NCBI GenBank assembly: GCA_028689635.1
Contig: JAQVCU010000005.1
Location: 4,791-68,790 of the forward strand
Source: Oscillospiraceae bacterium
Lineage (GTDB): Bacteria; Bacillota; Clostridia; Oscillospirales; Ruminococcaceae
Reading direction: 5' to 3'
DNA: 64,000 nt
Shown one piece after another: positions 1 to 12,491 of the stretch. Every line of letters begins with the position of its first letter. Positions within the stretch are counted from its first letter, which is position 1. Position numbers and translations under genes: made by a program. The notes under the pieces are model-generated. The model saw only the letters and a list, made by a program, of their open reading frames with translations. It did no database searches and had not been told where the DNA came from.

Positions 1-941
1 AGACGGCACCACAGGGCGGCCCAGCCGCCGGAGACTTCCCGGCGCTGGATGGAGAGGCCGGCGCTTTCGATGGCTGCGGCCACTTCGTCGGCGCGCTCAT
101 CGATGATGCCGGAGGCGAGGAATACCCCGTCCGGCTTTAAAAACTGAGGGATATCGGGGGCCAGGCGCTTGATCACATCGGCCACGATGTTGGCGCAGAT
201 CAGGTCGTAGACCCCGGAGACCTTTTCGGTCAGATCCCCGCAATGAAAGACCGCCTGCCCCTGTACCCCATTGAGGGCGGCGTTTTCCCCGGCGATCTTT
301 ACCGCCAGCTCGTCGATATCCACCCCTACGGCGGAGGAGGCGCCAAGCAGCAGGGAGGCCACCGCCAAAATGCCGCTGCCGCAGCCCACATCCAGCACGG
401 TGCAGCCGGGGCGCACAGCCTGCTCCAGCATGGCAAGGCACAGGCGGGTGGTGTCGTGGGTCCCGGTGCCGAAAGCCATGCCGGGGTCCAGGGTGAGGAT
501 CACATCGCCGGGCAGGGGGGCATATTCCTCCCAGGAGGGCACCACCACCAGGCGTTCCCCCACGCGGATGGGTTTATAATATTGTTTCCAATTGTTCTCC
601 CAGTCCTCTTCCCGCAGGTTGCCGCAGAGAATTGCCAGACGGCCGAACCGGCCCTCGACATCCTCGGCCTGAAGCCGCGCCACCGAGGAGCGGATAAAAG
701 CCAGCATCTCGGCGCCCTGGGCGTTTTCCGGCAGATAGCCCTTGACGCAGGTCTCACAGTCCTTCAGGCGCATGAGGGAATCCTCCACATAATCCCAGTG
801 GACGGTGGTGTGCTCTAAAAATTCGTTAAAGTCGTTGGAGTCCTCCACCACATATCCGCCAAGCCCGGCGGTGAGAAGGATCCCGGCCACCGGGTCGATG
901 CCTTCGGTGGTGGTGTAGACGGAAAGTTCTGTCCAGTTCAT
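1..941 (-). CDS. prmA: ribosomal protein L11 methyltransferase PrmA, C-terminal end cut by window edge
   Basis: The minus-strand frame is open from ATG (939..941) to position 1. It is missing from the ORF track only because no stop lies inside the window. My translation: MNWTELSVYTTTEGIDPVAG...RLVVVPSWEEY...LDPGMAFGTGTHDTT...VLDVGCGSGILAVASLLLGA...DIDELAV. This shows a PrmA-type N-domain plus a SAM-binding GxGxG motif. The gene lies directly downstream of dnaJ, as in the Bacillus dnaK cluster. Confidence 0.85.
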   Translation of the reverse strand, partial: MNWTELSVYTTTEGIDPVAGILLTAGLGGYVVEDSNDFNEFLEHTTVHWDYVEDSLMRLKDCETCVKGYLPENAQGAEMLAFIRSSVARLQAEDVEGRFGRLAILCGNLREEDWENNWKQYYKPIRVGERLVVVPSWEEYAPLPGDVILTLDPGMAFGTGTHDTTRLCLAMLEQAVRPGCTVLDVGCGSGILAVASLLLGASSAVGVDIDELAVKIAGENAALNGVQGQAVFHCGDLTEKVSGVYDLICANIVADVIKRLAPDIPQFLKPDGVFLASGIIDERADEVAAAIESAGLSIQRREVSGGWAALWCR

Positions 942-1021
942 AAATTTCCTCCCGGCGGGCCCGCTTTGCTCTGGGGCCCGGCTCTTGTCTTTTATTATAA
1001 ACGGAAAATAAAACAAAACAA

Positions 1022-1050
1022 CCCCTGTCCGGCTCTGCGCCGGGCAGGGG
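1022..1050 (-). terminator. rho-independent terminator after dnaJ
   Basis: The minus strand reads CCCCTGCCCGGC-loop-GCCGGACAGGGG followed by TTGTTTTGTTTTATTTT. Confidence 0.6.
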
Positions 1051-1104
1051 CTGCTTCAGAGGGGGAAAGGGGAAGGCCCATAGGGCGGAGAAGGGGCTGC
1101 GGCG

Positions 1105-2259
1105 TTACTTTTCTTCGCCGTTGATGGCGTCCTTCAGTTTATCAAAAAAACTTTTCCGCTTTTCGTAGTTTTTGTCGCTGGTGGCGGCCTCAAAGTCCCG
1201 CAGGGCCTGCTTCTGCTTGCGGTCGAGGTTTTTGGGAACCTCCAGGGTGACGACGACATACTGGTCGCCGCGGCCCCTGCCGTTCACATAGGGGATGCCC
1301 TTGTTGCGCAGGCGGAAGACGGTGCCGGGCTGGGTCCCTTCCGGCACGGTGTATTTGACTTTGCCGTCGATGGTGGGAACCACCACCTCGTCGCCCAGGG
1401 TGGCCTGAACGAAGGTGAGGGGGACTTCGCAGCGAACGTTGAAGCCCTCGCGCTCAAAGAGCGGGTCCGGACGGACCGAGACCGTGACGTTGAGATCTCC
1501 GGCGGGGCCGGAATTGGCGCCGTGATCCCCTTCGCCGTGGAGGACAAAGGTCTGGCGGTCATCGATGCCGACGGGGATATCCACCGTCTTTTTGCGGGTA
1601 TAGCGCAGGCGCCCCATGCCGTTGCAGGAGGGGCAGGGGGTCTTGATGACCTTTCCCTTGCCGCCGCAGCGCTGGCAGGTGCGGGAAGTCTGGATCACGC
1701 CAAAGGGCGTGCGCTGCTGCACCCGCGTTTGGCCGGTGCCGTGGCAGTCCGGGCAGGTCTCCGGAGAGGTGCCTGCCGCCGCGCCGCTGCCGTGACAGGC
1801 GTCGCAGCGTTCCAGGCGCTGGAAGGTGATCTCCTTCTGGCAGCCCTTGGCGGCTTCCATAAAGGAGATGGTCAGGTTGATGTCCACGTCGCCTCCGCGC
1901 ATGGGGCCGCTGGGGTTCCGGGCACGGGTGCTGCCGCCAAAGCAGCAGCCGAAGAAGGAATCGAAGATAAACCCCATGTCGAAGCCGTAGCCTGCGCTGC
2001 CGGGGCCCGTTGCGCCGGCCTCATAGGAGGGGTCTACCCCCGCGTGGCCAAACTGATCGTACCGGGCGCGTTTGGCGCTGTCGGAGAGCACCTCATAGGC
2101 CTCGTTTACTTCCTTAAACTTGGCTTCGGCCGCTTTATCACCAGGGTTTAGATCCGGGTGATATTGCTTTGCCAGCTTGCGGTATGCTTTTTTCAGTTCG
2201 TCGTCCGAGCAGCCCTTTTGGACGCCCAGCACTTCATAATAATCTTTTTTCTCAGGCAA
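1105..2259 (-). CDS. dnaJ: molecular chaperone DnaJ
   Basis: 384-aa ORF. It has a J-domain with HPD (KQYHPDLNP), a G/F-rich linker and four CxxCxGxG zinc-finger repeats ([32 protein letters not shown]). Confidence 0.97.
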   Translation of the reverse strand: MPEKKDYYEVLGVQKGCSDDELKKAYRKLAKQYHPDLNPGDKAAEAKFKEVNEAYEVLSDSAKRARYDQFGHAGVDPSYEAGATGPGSAGYGFDMGFIFDSFFGCCFGGSTRARNPSGPMRGGDVDINLTISFMEAAKGCQKEITFQRLERCDACHGSGAAAGTSPETCPDCHGTGQTRVQQRTPFGVIQTSRTCQRCGGKGKVIKTPCPSCNGMGRLRYTRKKTVDIPVGIDDRQTFVLHGEGDHGANSGPAGDLNVTVSVRPDPLFEREGFNVRCEVPLTFVQATLGDEVVVPTIDGKVKYTVPEGTQPGTVFRLRNKGIPYVNGRGRGDQYVVVTLEVPKNLDRKQKQALRDFEAATSDKNYEKRKSFFDKLKDAINGEEK

Positions 2260-2384
2260 AATGTATCACCCTTATGTTGTATTTTCGAAGCGGACGGGAG
2301 ACGCGCCGCAAAAGAAAAGCCGCGGCCGCGCAGCCCGCAAGGCGGGAGGCGGAATTCCGCCTCCCGCCAGGGAGCGCGAGGGGT

Positions 2385-4265
<1,881 letters not shown>

Positions 4266-4321
4266 TCATGAACAGTGTTTGATTTATGATGAAATTCCAT
4301 GCGCCCTTCGGCGCGGAAAGG

Positions 4322-4864
4322 TCAATTGGCTACTTTTACCATGGCGTGGCGGATCACCCGGTCGCCCAGGCGGTAGCCCTTCTGAAGTACCTCGGCCACG
4401 ACGTTTTCCCCCAGGGCCTCGTCTTCGATGTGCATCACGGCGTTGTGCAGGTTGGGGTCGAAGGCCTCCCCTGTACTGGGGATCTCTTCCACGCCCGCCG
4501 CAGCCAGCGCCCCGGAAAGGGATTGGAAGATCATTTCCACGCCGCGTTTGAACTCCGCGTCCTGACAGGGGGCGGAGAGGGCCCGCTCGAAGTTATCCAG
4601 CACCGGCAGGATCTTTACCGCCACGTCGCATTTGGCTTCCGGATAAATGGATTCTTTTTCCTTTACCGAACGCTTGCGGTAATTATCGTATTCCGCCAGG
4701 GTGCGCAGAAGCTTGTCGTTGGCGCTGTCCAACTGTTTTTGCAGCGCCTCCAGCTGCCGTTCAATGTCCTCGGCCGCGGCTTCTTCCGCGGCTCCCCCCT
4801 CTGCGGGGGAGGTGTTTTCAGCGGCGTCCGGCGCTGGGTTCGGCTTTTTCTTTTTCTCTGACAA
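4322..4864 (-). CDS. grpE: nucleotide exchange factor GrpE
   Basis: 180-aa ORF between hrcA and dnaK. It has an acidic coiled-coil N-terminus and a GrpE-like C-terminus (FDPNLHNAVMHIEDE...GYRLGDRVIRHAMVKV). Confidence 0.9.
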   Translation of the reverse strand: MSEKKKKPNPAPDAAENTSPAEGGAAEEAAAEDIERQLEALQKQLDSANDKLLRTLAEYDNYRKRSVKEKESIYPEAKCDVAVKILPVLDNFERALSAPCQDAEFKRGVEMIFQSLSGALAAAGVEEIPSTGEAFDPNLHNAVMHIEDEALGENVVAEVLQKGYRLGDRVIRHAMVKVAN

Positions 4865-4934
4865 TTGAGATAACCCCTTTCAGGCGAAGGGCCAAAGCCC
4901 TCTTTTTGTTGTGTCTGTGCCGGGGCGCGCCCGG

Positions 4935-5972
4935 CTAATGTTCCTCGTCCTGCTCCATGGTGTCGGTCAGCAGGCTGCCCAGGGTCTGGGCAAAATATTC
5001 CAGGTGGGGGATCAGGCGGGAATAGTCCAGCCGGACGGGCCCGATGACGCCGATGGCGCCGCAAAGATCCGGCCCCACATTGTACCGGGCCACTACCACG
5101 GCGGTGTTGGAAAGCTCGGAAAGGGAGTTCTCCTTGCCGATGGTGACGGTGACCGACGGGGCGGAGGCGGTGGAAATATCCCCGAAGGTTTCCCTTTTTT
5201 CCAAAAGGGTAAGCAGCTCATGGGCCACGCCGGAAAATTCTTTATAGGCCAGCAGATTGGTGTTGCCGCCCACAAAATACTGCCCGTCGAAGATCTGTTT
5301 GCAAAGGTCGAAGATACAGGCCAAAAGCGGCGTAAACACCCGGGAATACTCCCCCAAGGCCACGGCGACGGAATTGACATAGCCCAGAGAGATCTCATGG
5401 AGGGAGCGCCCGGCGAACCGGTCGTTGGAGAATTTGGCGAAGAACTCCAGGATCTCCGGCGTCAGGGTAACGTCCACCCGGCAGACCTTGTTTTTGATGA
5501 CGCCGTTGGTGGCGATGACCAGGATCATCACTGCTCGGGGCGCCACGGGGATCACGTCGATGCGCCGCACGGCAATGTGTTCCGGGGTGGAGGTGGCCGA
5601 GACGGTGGCGCAGCCGGTAAAATTGGCCAGGGCCTGGGCGGCGTCCGAGAGCAGGCGGTCCGGATCGGGGTTACGCACATTAAAAAGGGCGTCGATCCCG
5701 TCTTTTTCCTCTTCGGTCAGCGCCCGGCAGTGCAGTAGCTGGTCAAGGTAGACCCGAAAGCCCAGGTGGGAGGGGATGCGTCCCGCCGATGTGTGGGGCT
5801 GCTCCAGCAGGCCCAGGTCGAAGAGAACTGCCATCTCGTTGCGGATGGTGGCCGAGGAGATCTGCAGATCCAGCAGCTGGGCCACCCGTTTGGAACCCAC
5901 CGGTTCCCCGGTGCGGATATATTCGTTGACGATGGCTGATAAGATCTGAAGTTTTCGCGCCCCGATATCCAC
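4935..5972 (-). CDS. hrcA: heat-inducible transcription repressor HrcA
   Basis: 345-aa ORF with a GTG start preceded by GAGGTGA. The N-terminal winged helix reads RKLQILSAIVNEYIRTGEPVGSKRVA. It is the first gene of the dnaK operon and lies immediately downstream of a CIRCE element. Confidence 0.93.
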   Translation of the reverse strand: MDIGARKLQILSAIVNEYIRTGEPVGSKRVAQLLDLQISSATIRNEMAVLFDLGLLEQPHTSAGRIPSHLGFRVYLDQLLHCRALTEEEKDGIDALFNVRNPDPDRLLSDAAQALANFTGCATVSATSTPEHIAVRRIDVIPVAPRAVMILVIATNGVIKNKVCRVDVTLTPEILEFFAKFSNDRFAGRSLHEISLGYVNSVAVALGEYSRVFTPLLACIFDLCKQIFDGQYFVGGNTNLLAYKEFSGVAHELLTLLEKRETFGDISTASAPSVTVTIGKENSLSELSNTAVVVARYNVGPDLCGAIGVIGPVRLDYSRLIPHLEYFAQTLGSLLTDTMEQDEEH

Positions 5973-5996
5973 AGCCAGTCACCTCGTTTTCATGAT

Positions 5997-6023
5997 TTAG
6001 CACTCAAACTTCCTGAGTGCTAA
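5997..6023. promoter_or_regulatory. CIRCE operator (HrcA binding site)
   Basis: Perfect consensus TTAGCACTC-N9-GAGTGCTAA (TTAGCACTCAAACTTCCTGAGTGCTAA), 25 nt upstream of the hrcA start. Confidence 0.95.
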
Positions 6024-6027
6024 GCAC

Positions 6028-6056
6028 AATTTATCACGAATCCATCGGGCTGTCAA
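6028..6056 (-). promoter_or_regulatory. sigma-A type promoter of the hrcA-grpE-dnaK-dnaJ operon
   Basis: The minus strand reads TTGACA (6056..6051), a 17-nt spacer, then TAAATT (6033..6028). It ends 4 nt before CIRCE. Confidence 0.7.
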
Positions 6057-6292
6057 GAGGCTTCATAATTTATTTACAAAATTTTGCCGGGCCGCGGCTT
6101 TGGGGGCGGGAAAAGGGGGCGGGCAGAGGGAAAAGGGCGGAGCGGGGGATGAAAACATTGTGTTTCCCGGTTTACAAGCGGCGCGGGTTATGTTACGATG
6201 ATGCTGTAAAAAACGGCCCCTGCCCGTCCGTCTGACAGAAGCGGGAAAGGGCCGGAAAACGCTATTCTTTAGAATAAATGAGGTGGACGATC

Positions 6293-7177
6293 ATGGTTAA
6301 AATTTTAGGCATCGGAGACAACATGGTGGATAAAAACCTGACGACGGGTATGATGTACCCTGGCGGCCAGGCCATGAACATCGCGGTGAATACAAAGATG
6401 CTGGGCGCTCAGACCGGCTTTATCGGCCCCATGGGGGACGATTATGTCGCCGACCACATCAAAAACACCCTGGACGAGATCGGGGTGGACCGTTCCCGCA
6501 GCCGCACCTACCACTGCCCCCACGCGTTTGCCCGCTACAAGGTCATCAACGAGGACCGCGTATTCCAGAGCGAGAAGAAGCGCAATCCTCTGCAGTGGGC
6601 CATCCGCAATATGCTGGGGTATGAAGGCCTCAGCGGGGAGGACCTGGAGTACATCAAAACCTTTGACTTGGTCCATTCCAGCGACGGCGCGGGTATGGAT
6701 TTTATCCAGACTGAGCTGCCGAAGATCAAGGCCACCGGGGTTCCTCTCTCCTTCGATTTTTCCGTTTACCACGATGAGCCCGGCTTTATGGAGGCGGTTT
6801 GCCCCAACGCCTATTTTGTGTTGCTCTCCTGCAGCCATATGACGGTGGAGGAGATGAGAGACCGCCTGAAGAAGGCCTACGACCTGGGTTCCCATATCTG
6901 TATTGCCACCCGGGGCTCCGAGGGGGCCACTCTGTACGATGGGAAGGATTTCTATACCCAGGCGCCCCACATGGTAAAGGCAAAGGACACCATGGGCGCG
7001 GGCGACGCGTTTATCTCCGCCTTCCTGTATACCTTCCTCAAAGAGGGCGGCATGAAGACCGAAGACCGCGGCCAGATCATCCGGGACGCCCTGCTGGCGG
7101 CGGCGGAATACTCCGCCAAGGCCTGCATGGTGGACGGTTCCTTCGGCCACGGCGCTCCTTATAAATCTGAATTCTGA
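6293..7177 (+). CDS. PfkB-family carbohydrate kinase (FrlD/fructoselysine-kinase-like)
   Basis: The ORF in the track is 6278..7177. The likely start is the ATG at 6293 (MVKILGIGDNMVD), after GAGGTGGA. The GAGDAFISAFL motif and overall layout resemble E. coli FrlD as I recall it. The substrate is not inferable. Confidence 0.75.
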   Translation: MVKILGIGDNMVDKNLTTGMMYPGGQAMNIAVNTKMLGAQTGFIGPMGDDYVADHIKNTLDEIGVDRSRSRTYHCPHAFARYKVINEDRVFQSEKKRNPLQWAIRNMLGYEGLSGEDLEYIKTFDLVHSSDGAGMDFIQTELPKIKATGVPLSFDFSVYHDEPGFMEAVCPNAYFVLLSCSHMTVEEMRDRLKKAYDLGSHICIATRGSEGATLYDGKDFYTQAPHMVKAKDTMGAGDAFISAFLYTFLKEGGMKTEDRGQIIRDALLAAAEYSAKACMVDGSFGHGAPYKSEF

Positions 7178-7190
7178 TCCACCACGCGGC

Positions 7191-7227
7191 AGCGCCGCTC
7201 CGGCTTCGGCCGGGGCGGCGCTTTTTT
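7191..7227 (+). terminator. rho-independent terminator after the kinase gene
   Basis: AGCGCCGC..CCGGC-TTCG-GCCGG..GCGGCGCT hairpin followed by TTTTTT. Confidence 0.7.
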
Positions 7228-7302
7228 GCGCCGAAAACCGCGCCGGAAGCGAGGGTTACAAAAAAACCGAGAAAACCTTATAAATTGTTCACAAAACCTT
7301 CC

Positions 7303-7331
7303 TTGACAAAGGTGATAGAACAGAATAATAT
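7303..7331 (+). promoter_or_regulatory. sigma-A type promoter of the marR-RND operon
   Basis: TTGACA (7303..7308), a 17-nt spacer, then TAATAT (7326..7331), about 100 nt upstream of marR. Confidence 0.55.
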
Positions 7332-7429
7332 TTAACCCCGGAAACAATTTTTCAGGGAAAGTGAAATCAACAGGGGGCTTTCCTCGTTCTTATGGAGGAA
7401 GCGGAGTCCCTGAAAGGAGGAGAGCGATC

Positions 7430-7891
7430 ATGGATCCGGCAGCCAGAGAGCTGATGTTGTCGCTGCGGAATCTGCACAAGCAGACCAGCAGGATAAATTT
7501 TTTGGCCCAGCTTAGCCCCATGGAATTCGTCGCCATGACGATCATCCACCAGAGCCGGGAGGGGGCGGAAAAAGGCCGCCTTACGGTATCGCAGGTGGGG
7601 GAGACGCTGAAGGTGTCCATGCCTATGGCGTCCAAGATCCTCAGCGTGCTGGAAAAGCAGGGCTATATCAGCCGCGCGGAGGACGGGGCGGACCGGCGGG
7701 TGGTCTGGATCAGCCTGACGCCCACAGGCGAGACGGTTCTGCAAAAGGCCATGGGGGAATATGGAAACTTTACAGATTGGGTGTTTGAAAAGATGGGGGA
7801 AGAAGACATCCGGACCCTTACCCGGCTGATCAACCGTTTCAGCGACATTCTGGAGGGAGCGGACGGGCAATGGGAAACAAAAGGAAAGTAA
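7430..7891 (+). CDS. MarR-family transcriptional regulator
   Basis: The ORF in the track is 7361..7891. The likely start is the ATG at 7430 (MDPAARELML), after AGGAGGAG. The winged-HTH region reads LTVSQVGETLKVSMPMASKILSVLEKQGYISR...DRRVVWISLT. It is the first gene of the efflux operon. Confidence 0.8.
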   Translation: MDPAARELMLSLRNLHKQTSRINFLAQLSPMEFVAMTIIHQSREGAEKGRLTVSQVGETLKVSMPMASKILSVLEKQGYISRAEDGADRRVVWISLTPTGETVLQKAMGEYGNFTDWVFEKMGEEDIRTLTRLINRFSDILEGADGQWETKGK

Positions 7892-7922
7892 CCGGCCCGT
7901 GGGGCGGCTTACATAAACAAAT

Positions 7923-9374
7923 ATGAATGGGATAAAAAGAACCAATTGGGAGGGAATTTCTTTGAGAGACGAAAGAAAACTGTGGAAAAAACCGGCGGCG
8001 GTGGGACTATCCCTACTGCTCGCCCTGGGGGCGTCCGGCTGCGCCGGCACCGCCGTGCCGGAGGATGCCGATCAGCCCATCGCCGTGATGGCGACGCAGG
8101 TACAGCGCGGGGATCTTGCCTCCAGCGCCAGTTTCACCGGCACCATCGCGCCGGATCAGTCCGTAAGCGTATACCCCAAAGCCAGCGGCACGGTGCAGGC
8201 CGTCCATTTCGCCGTGGGGGACGAAGTGAAAAAGGGGGATCTGATCTTTGAGATCGATCCCGTCGACATCCAGCTGCAGGTAGACAGCGCAAAAGCGGTC
8301 TATGACGCGGCGGTAGCGGGGGCGGGAGCCACCGCCGGCAGCCAGGATCTGGGGACGATCCAAAACGACATGAGCGTTTGGAGCGCCCAGCAGACCTACG
8401 ACAAAGCGAAGGCCGCCCTGGAAGCCTACGAGGACGCAAACCCGTCCAAATCCAGCCTGCGGGCCGCAGTTACCGCTGCCCAGGCGGATTACGACGCCGC
8501 AAAACAGGCCTATGACGCCCTGGGGGACGAAGACCCCGGCAAAGAGGACGCCAAGGATGAGATGGATGACGCCAAGGCGAAGCTGACCAAGGCGAAAACC
8601 GCGCTGTCCACCTATAATTCCACCATCGACCAGCTGGAGAACACGGTGGATACGACCCGGGATTCCCTCAATTTTGCCCGGGACAGCAAGGAAGTCAACG
8701 AAGGGGAGCTGCGCGATTACAACAATCAGGCCAGAGACGCCCAGCTGAGACAGGCGGAGCTCGCCTATGAAAGCGCCCAGCGCCAGCTGGCGAACACCAA
8801 GGTCTACGCCCCGGTGGACGGCGTGCTGGAGGCGGTCAACGTCAGCGTCAACAACCCGGCCAGCAGCCAGGGCGCGGCCTGCGTGATCGCCGGGAACTCC
8901 GCCATGACGGTGGCGTTCAGCCTGCCTGCCGGCGTGGTGCAGAACCTGGCCCTGGGGGACGGCCTGACGGCGGAATGCGGCGGCAAAACCTATGAGGCCG
9001 AGATCACCGAGATCGGCGCCGCGGCCAACGCCGTGGGCCTCTATCCGGTCAAGGCGGCCCTTGCGGACAGCGAAGGCCTGCTCAGCGGCATGATGGCCAA
9101 GGTGACCTTGGATACCGACCGGGCGGAGAACGCCATGCTCCTGCCCATTTCCTGCCTGTATTACGACAGCAACCGCCCTTATACCTATGTGATCCAGGAC
9201 GGCGTGGCGGTCAAAACCTATCTGGAAACCGGGATCGCAAACAGTGAAAGCATTGTGATCCTCTCCGGCATCAGCGAAGGGGATCAGATCGTCGCCACCT
9301 GGAACCCGGGGCTCATGGATGGCGCCGCAGTGAAGGTGATGGACGCCCAGGCCGAAACGGAGATAGGAGAATAA
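7923..9374 (+). CDS. efflux RND transporter periplasmic adaptor subunit (HlyD/MFP family), lipoprotein
   Basis: 483-aa ORF with lipobox LLALGASGC. It has a long A/D/K-rich coiled-coil hairpin and a beta-barrel C-terminus. An alternative TTG start at 7962 follows GGGAGGG. It ends 4 nt before the RND permease. Confidence 0.8.
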   Translation: MNGIKRTNWEGISLRDERKLWKKPAAVGLSLLLALGASGCAGTAVPEDADQPIAVMATQVQRGDLASSASFTGTIAPDQSVSVYPKASGTVQAVHFAVGDEVKKGDLIFEIDPVDIQLQVDSAKAVYDAAVAGAGATAGSQDLGTIQNDMSVWSAQQTYDKAKAALEAYEDANPSKSSLRAAVTAAQADYDAAKQAYDALGDEDPGKEDAKDEMDDAKAKLTKAKTALSTYNSTIDQLENTVDTTRDSLNFARDSKEVNEGELRDYNNQARDAQLRQAELAYESAQRQLANTKVYAPVDGVLEAVNVSVNNPASSQGAACVIAGNSAMTVAFSLPAGVVQNLALGDGLTAECGGKTYEAEITEIGAAANAVGLYPVKAALADSEGLLSGMMAKVTLDTDRAENAMLLPISCLYYDSNRPYTYVIQDGVAVKTYLETGIANSESIVILSGISEGDQIVATWNPGLMDGAAVKVMDAQAETEIGE

Positions 9375-9378
9375 GCCC

Positions 9379-12300
9379 ATGAATTTGACAAAAATTGTGA
9401 TGAAGCGCCCTGTTGCGGTGATCATCTGCATCATGGCGCTGCTCATCTTCGGTTTGTCGTCGGTTTTTAGTATGCCCATGGAACTGACGCCGGACATGGA
9501 AATGCCCGTTTCCCTCGTTATGACCACCTATCCGGGCGCAGGCCCGGAGGAGGTCGACGAACAGGTCACAAAGGTGATCGAAGACGCGGTCTCTACCATC
9601 AGCGGATTGGAGATCGTGCAGTCCCAGTCCTCTGAAAACGTGTCCACAGTTATGATGCAGTTTGAGTACGGCACCAACATGGATCTGATCCACAGCGACC
9701 TGAAGGAAAAGATCGACATGTACAAATCCTCCCTTCCCGAGGATGCGTCCGATCCCATCGTCATGGAGATCAGCATGGATATGATGCCGGCCATCACCTT
9801 CTCGGCGGAAGCCGTCGGGGACGTGGACCTGCTCAACTATGTCAACGACAACATCGTCCCGGAGTTTGAACGCCTGACCGGCGTAGCTTCTGTTTCGGTC
9901 TCCGGCGGCGAACAGGACTATATCCGGGTCAAACTGGATCCGGAAAAAATGACCCAGCACAAGCTCTCCATGAGCTCCCTGAGCCAGCTCATCGCCTCGG
10001 CGGATTTCTCCTACCCCGCGGGCAATGTGGACCGCGGCGACCAGGAGCTGATCCTGCGCGGCGGTGTAAAATACGATACGGTCGAAGCGCTGCGCAATCT
10101 GCCCATTACCCTGGGCGGCGGCAGCATCATCCACCTTTCCGATGTGGCGACGGTGGAGAATACCGTTATGGAAAGCGGCTCCATCAGCCGGTACAACGGC
10201 ATGGATAACGTGACGCTTTCGGTTTCCAAACGCCAGAGCGCCGGTACCCTCAACGTGACCAACGACGTGATCAAAACCATCGACCGCCTCAACGGCCAGA
10301 ACCTCGGGGTGCAGATGGACGTGATCTACAACAGCGGCGACGAGATCACCAGCGCCATCAACAGCGTTGTGATGGCCATGGTCTCCGGCGCGGTGCTGGC
10401 CATGCTGATCCTGTTTATCTTCCTCGGCGACTGGAAGGCGTCGGTCATTATCGGCACCTCCATCCCGGTCTCCATCCTGCTGACCCTGGTGGCCATGTCC
10501 TTTGCGGGGCTCACCATCAACCTGATGTCCCTGGGCGGCCTGTTGGTAGGCGTGGGCATGATGGTGGATAACTCCATCGTCGTCATCGAAAGCTGCTTTA
10601 AACTGCGGGATACCCAGAGGAGTTTCTGGGAATCCGCTTTGGAGGGGGCCAAGGTGGTCACTTCCTCCATCATCGCCTCCACCCTCACTTCTGTGGTGGT
10701 CTATCTGCCGGTGAGCCTGCTCAACGGCATGTCCGGGCAGATGTTCCGCCAGGTGGGCTTCACCATCATCTTCGCCCTGGTGGCGTCCCTGATCTCCGCC
10801 CTTACCCTGGTGCCGCTGCTGTTTATCAAGCTGCACCCGGTGGAGAAAAAGGAGACCCCGGTTTCCCGGGGCATGCGCGCCCTGGAGCGGGTTGCCGGGC
10901 GGGGGATGGCCAAAGCGTTCCGCCACAAGGCCCTGGTGGTCATGGTCTCCATTCTGCTGCTGATCGGCTCCGTCATGGTGCTGCCGGTGGTCGGCTTCGA
11001 ACTGATCCCGGCAATGGATCAGGGCGCTTTCAGCGTTTCGCTGGAGACAAAGCCCGGCCTGCAGCTCAAACAGGTGGATGAGATCCTCGTCAAACTGGAG
11101 GACATCATCACCAGCTACGACGATGTGGAGCGCTACTCCCTCAGCGGCTCCAGCGGCTCCGGCAGCATCTCGGTCTACCTGAAGGGAGACCGGAAAATGT
11201 CTACGGCACAGATCGTGGACGAGGTGCGGGAGCAGACCAAGGATTTTGTCAACTGCAAAGTGGAGGTGAGCTCCTCCAGCATGATGAACTCCCTCACAGG
11301 TGGCAGCGGCATCCAGGTGAACCTGCAGGGTTCCGATCTCGACGTCCTGCGCGGCGCGGTCTCCGATGTGGAGGCCCTGATGTGGCAGAACCCCAACGTG
11401 ATCACCGTCTCCTCCGGCCTTTCCGACGGAAGCCCCCAGGCGGAGGTGATCGTCGACCCGGTAAAGGCTGCGGGCTACAGCCTGACGCCGATCCAGGTCA
11501 TGGGCACCCTCTCTTCGGCGGTGCAGGGCTCCAAAGCCACCAGCCTGCGGATGGACGGCAAGAGCTACGACGTGCGCCTGGAATACCCCGAGGGGACTTA
11601 TGACAGCATTGCGGATCTGGAGGGGATGATGATCACCACCCCCACCGGGGCGCAGGTGGCCCTCAATGAGATCTCTCACATCGAATATTCCAACAGCCCC
11701 CAGACCCTGACCCGTCTGGACGGCCAGTATCTGGTGACGGTCACGGCCCAGGCAAAATCCGCGACCTCCGCCAAAACCTCCAACGAGATCATGCAGGCAG
11801 TCGGTCGGTTGCAGCTGCCGGAGGGCGTTACCCAAAGCATGGGCGGCAGCCTGGACAGCATGATGAAAGAGCTTACGGCCCTGCTGGGGGCGCTGCTTAC
11901 GGCGGTGCTGCTGGTGTTCATGGTCATGGCCGTCCAGTTTGAGTCCATGCGCTTCTCCCTGGTGGTCATGTTCTCGGTGCCCTTTGCCTTCATCGGCTCG
12001 GCCTTTATGCTGTTGGTTTCGGGCTCCGCTGTCAGCATGGTCTCCATGATGGGTATCATCATGCTGGTGGGCATCGTGGTCAACAACGGCATCCTCTTGA
12101 TCGATACGGCGGGACGGATGCAGGCGGAAGAGGGCCTGAGCCCGGAGGATTCCCTGGTGGCGGCGGGCAGATCCCGTCTGCGCCCCATCCTCATGACCAC
12201 GTTGACCACCGTCCTGGGCATGGTGCCCATGGCCCTGGGGATCGGCAGCGGCACCGAGATGATGCAGTCCATGGCCCTGATCATCATCGGCGGCCTGATC

Positions 12301-12456
12301 ACCTCGACCATCCTGACCATTTTCCTGCTGCCTACCATCTACCTGCTGTTCCGCAAAAAGAACAAGGGGGAGAAGGAGCGCAAAAAACAGGAAAAACAGG
12401 AGAAAAAAGCAAAAAAGCACAGCAAAGCTCAGCCGGAGACCCCGGCAAAGGCCTGA
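9379..12456 (+). CDS. efflux RND transporter permease (AcrB/AcrD/AcrF family)
   Basis: 1025-aa ORF starting MNLTKIVMKRPVAVIICIMALLIFG. It shows the twofold TM1-large loop-TM2-6 organisation typical of HAE-type RND pumps and a K/E-rich C-terminal tail. Confidence 0.9.
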   Translation: MNLTKIVMKRPVAVIICIMALLIFGLSSVFSMPMELTPDMEMPVSLVMTTYPGAGPEEVDEQVTKVIEDAVSTISGLEIVQSQSSENVSTVMMQFEYGTNMDLIHSDLKEKIDMYKSSLPEDASDPIVMEISMDMMPAITFSAEAVGDVDLLNYVNDNIVPEFERLTGVASVSVSGGEQDYIRVKLDPEKMTQHKLSMSSLSQLIASADFSYPAGNVDRGDQELILRGGVKYDTVEALRNLPITLGGGSIIHLSDVATVENTVMESGSISRYNGMDNVTLSVSKRQSAGTLNVTNDVIKTIDRLNGQNLGVQMDVIYNSGDEITSAINSVVMAMVSGAVLAMLILFIFLGDWKASVIIGTSIPVSILLTLVAMSFAGLTINLMSLGGLLVGVGMMVDNSIVVIESCFKLRDTQRSFWESALEGAKVVTSSIIASTLTSVVVYLPVSLLNGMSGQMFRQVGFTIIFALVASLISALTLVPLLFIKLHPVEKKETPVSRGMRALERVAGRGMAKAFRHKALVVMVSILLLIGSVMVLPVVGFELIPAMDQGAFSVSLETKPGLQLKQVDEILVKLEDIITSYDDVERYSLSGSSGSGSISVYLKGDRKMSTAQIVDEVREQTKDFVNCKVEVSSSSMMNSLTGGSGIQVNLQGSDLDVLRGAVSDVEALMWQNPNVITVSSGLSDGSPQAEVIVDPVKAAGYSLTPIQVMGTLSSAVQGSKATSLRMDGKSYDVRLEYPEGTYDSIADLEGMMITTPTGAQVALNEISHIEYSNSPQTLTRLDGQYLVTVTAQAKSATSAKTSNEIMQAVGRLQLPEGVTQSMGGSLDSMMKELTALLGALLTAVLLVFMVMAVQFESMRFSLVVMFSVPFAFIGSAFMLLVSGSAVSMVSMMGIIMLVGIVVNNGILLIDTAGRMQAEEGLSPEDSLVAAGRSRLRPILMTTLTTVLGMVPMALGIGSGTEMMQSMALIIIGGLITSTILTIFLLPTIYLLFRKKNKGEKERKKQEKQEKKAKKHSKAQPETPAKA

Positions 12457-12491
12457 CCGATAACCCCTGCGGGCAATAGCGCCCGTCTGAA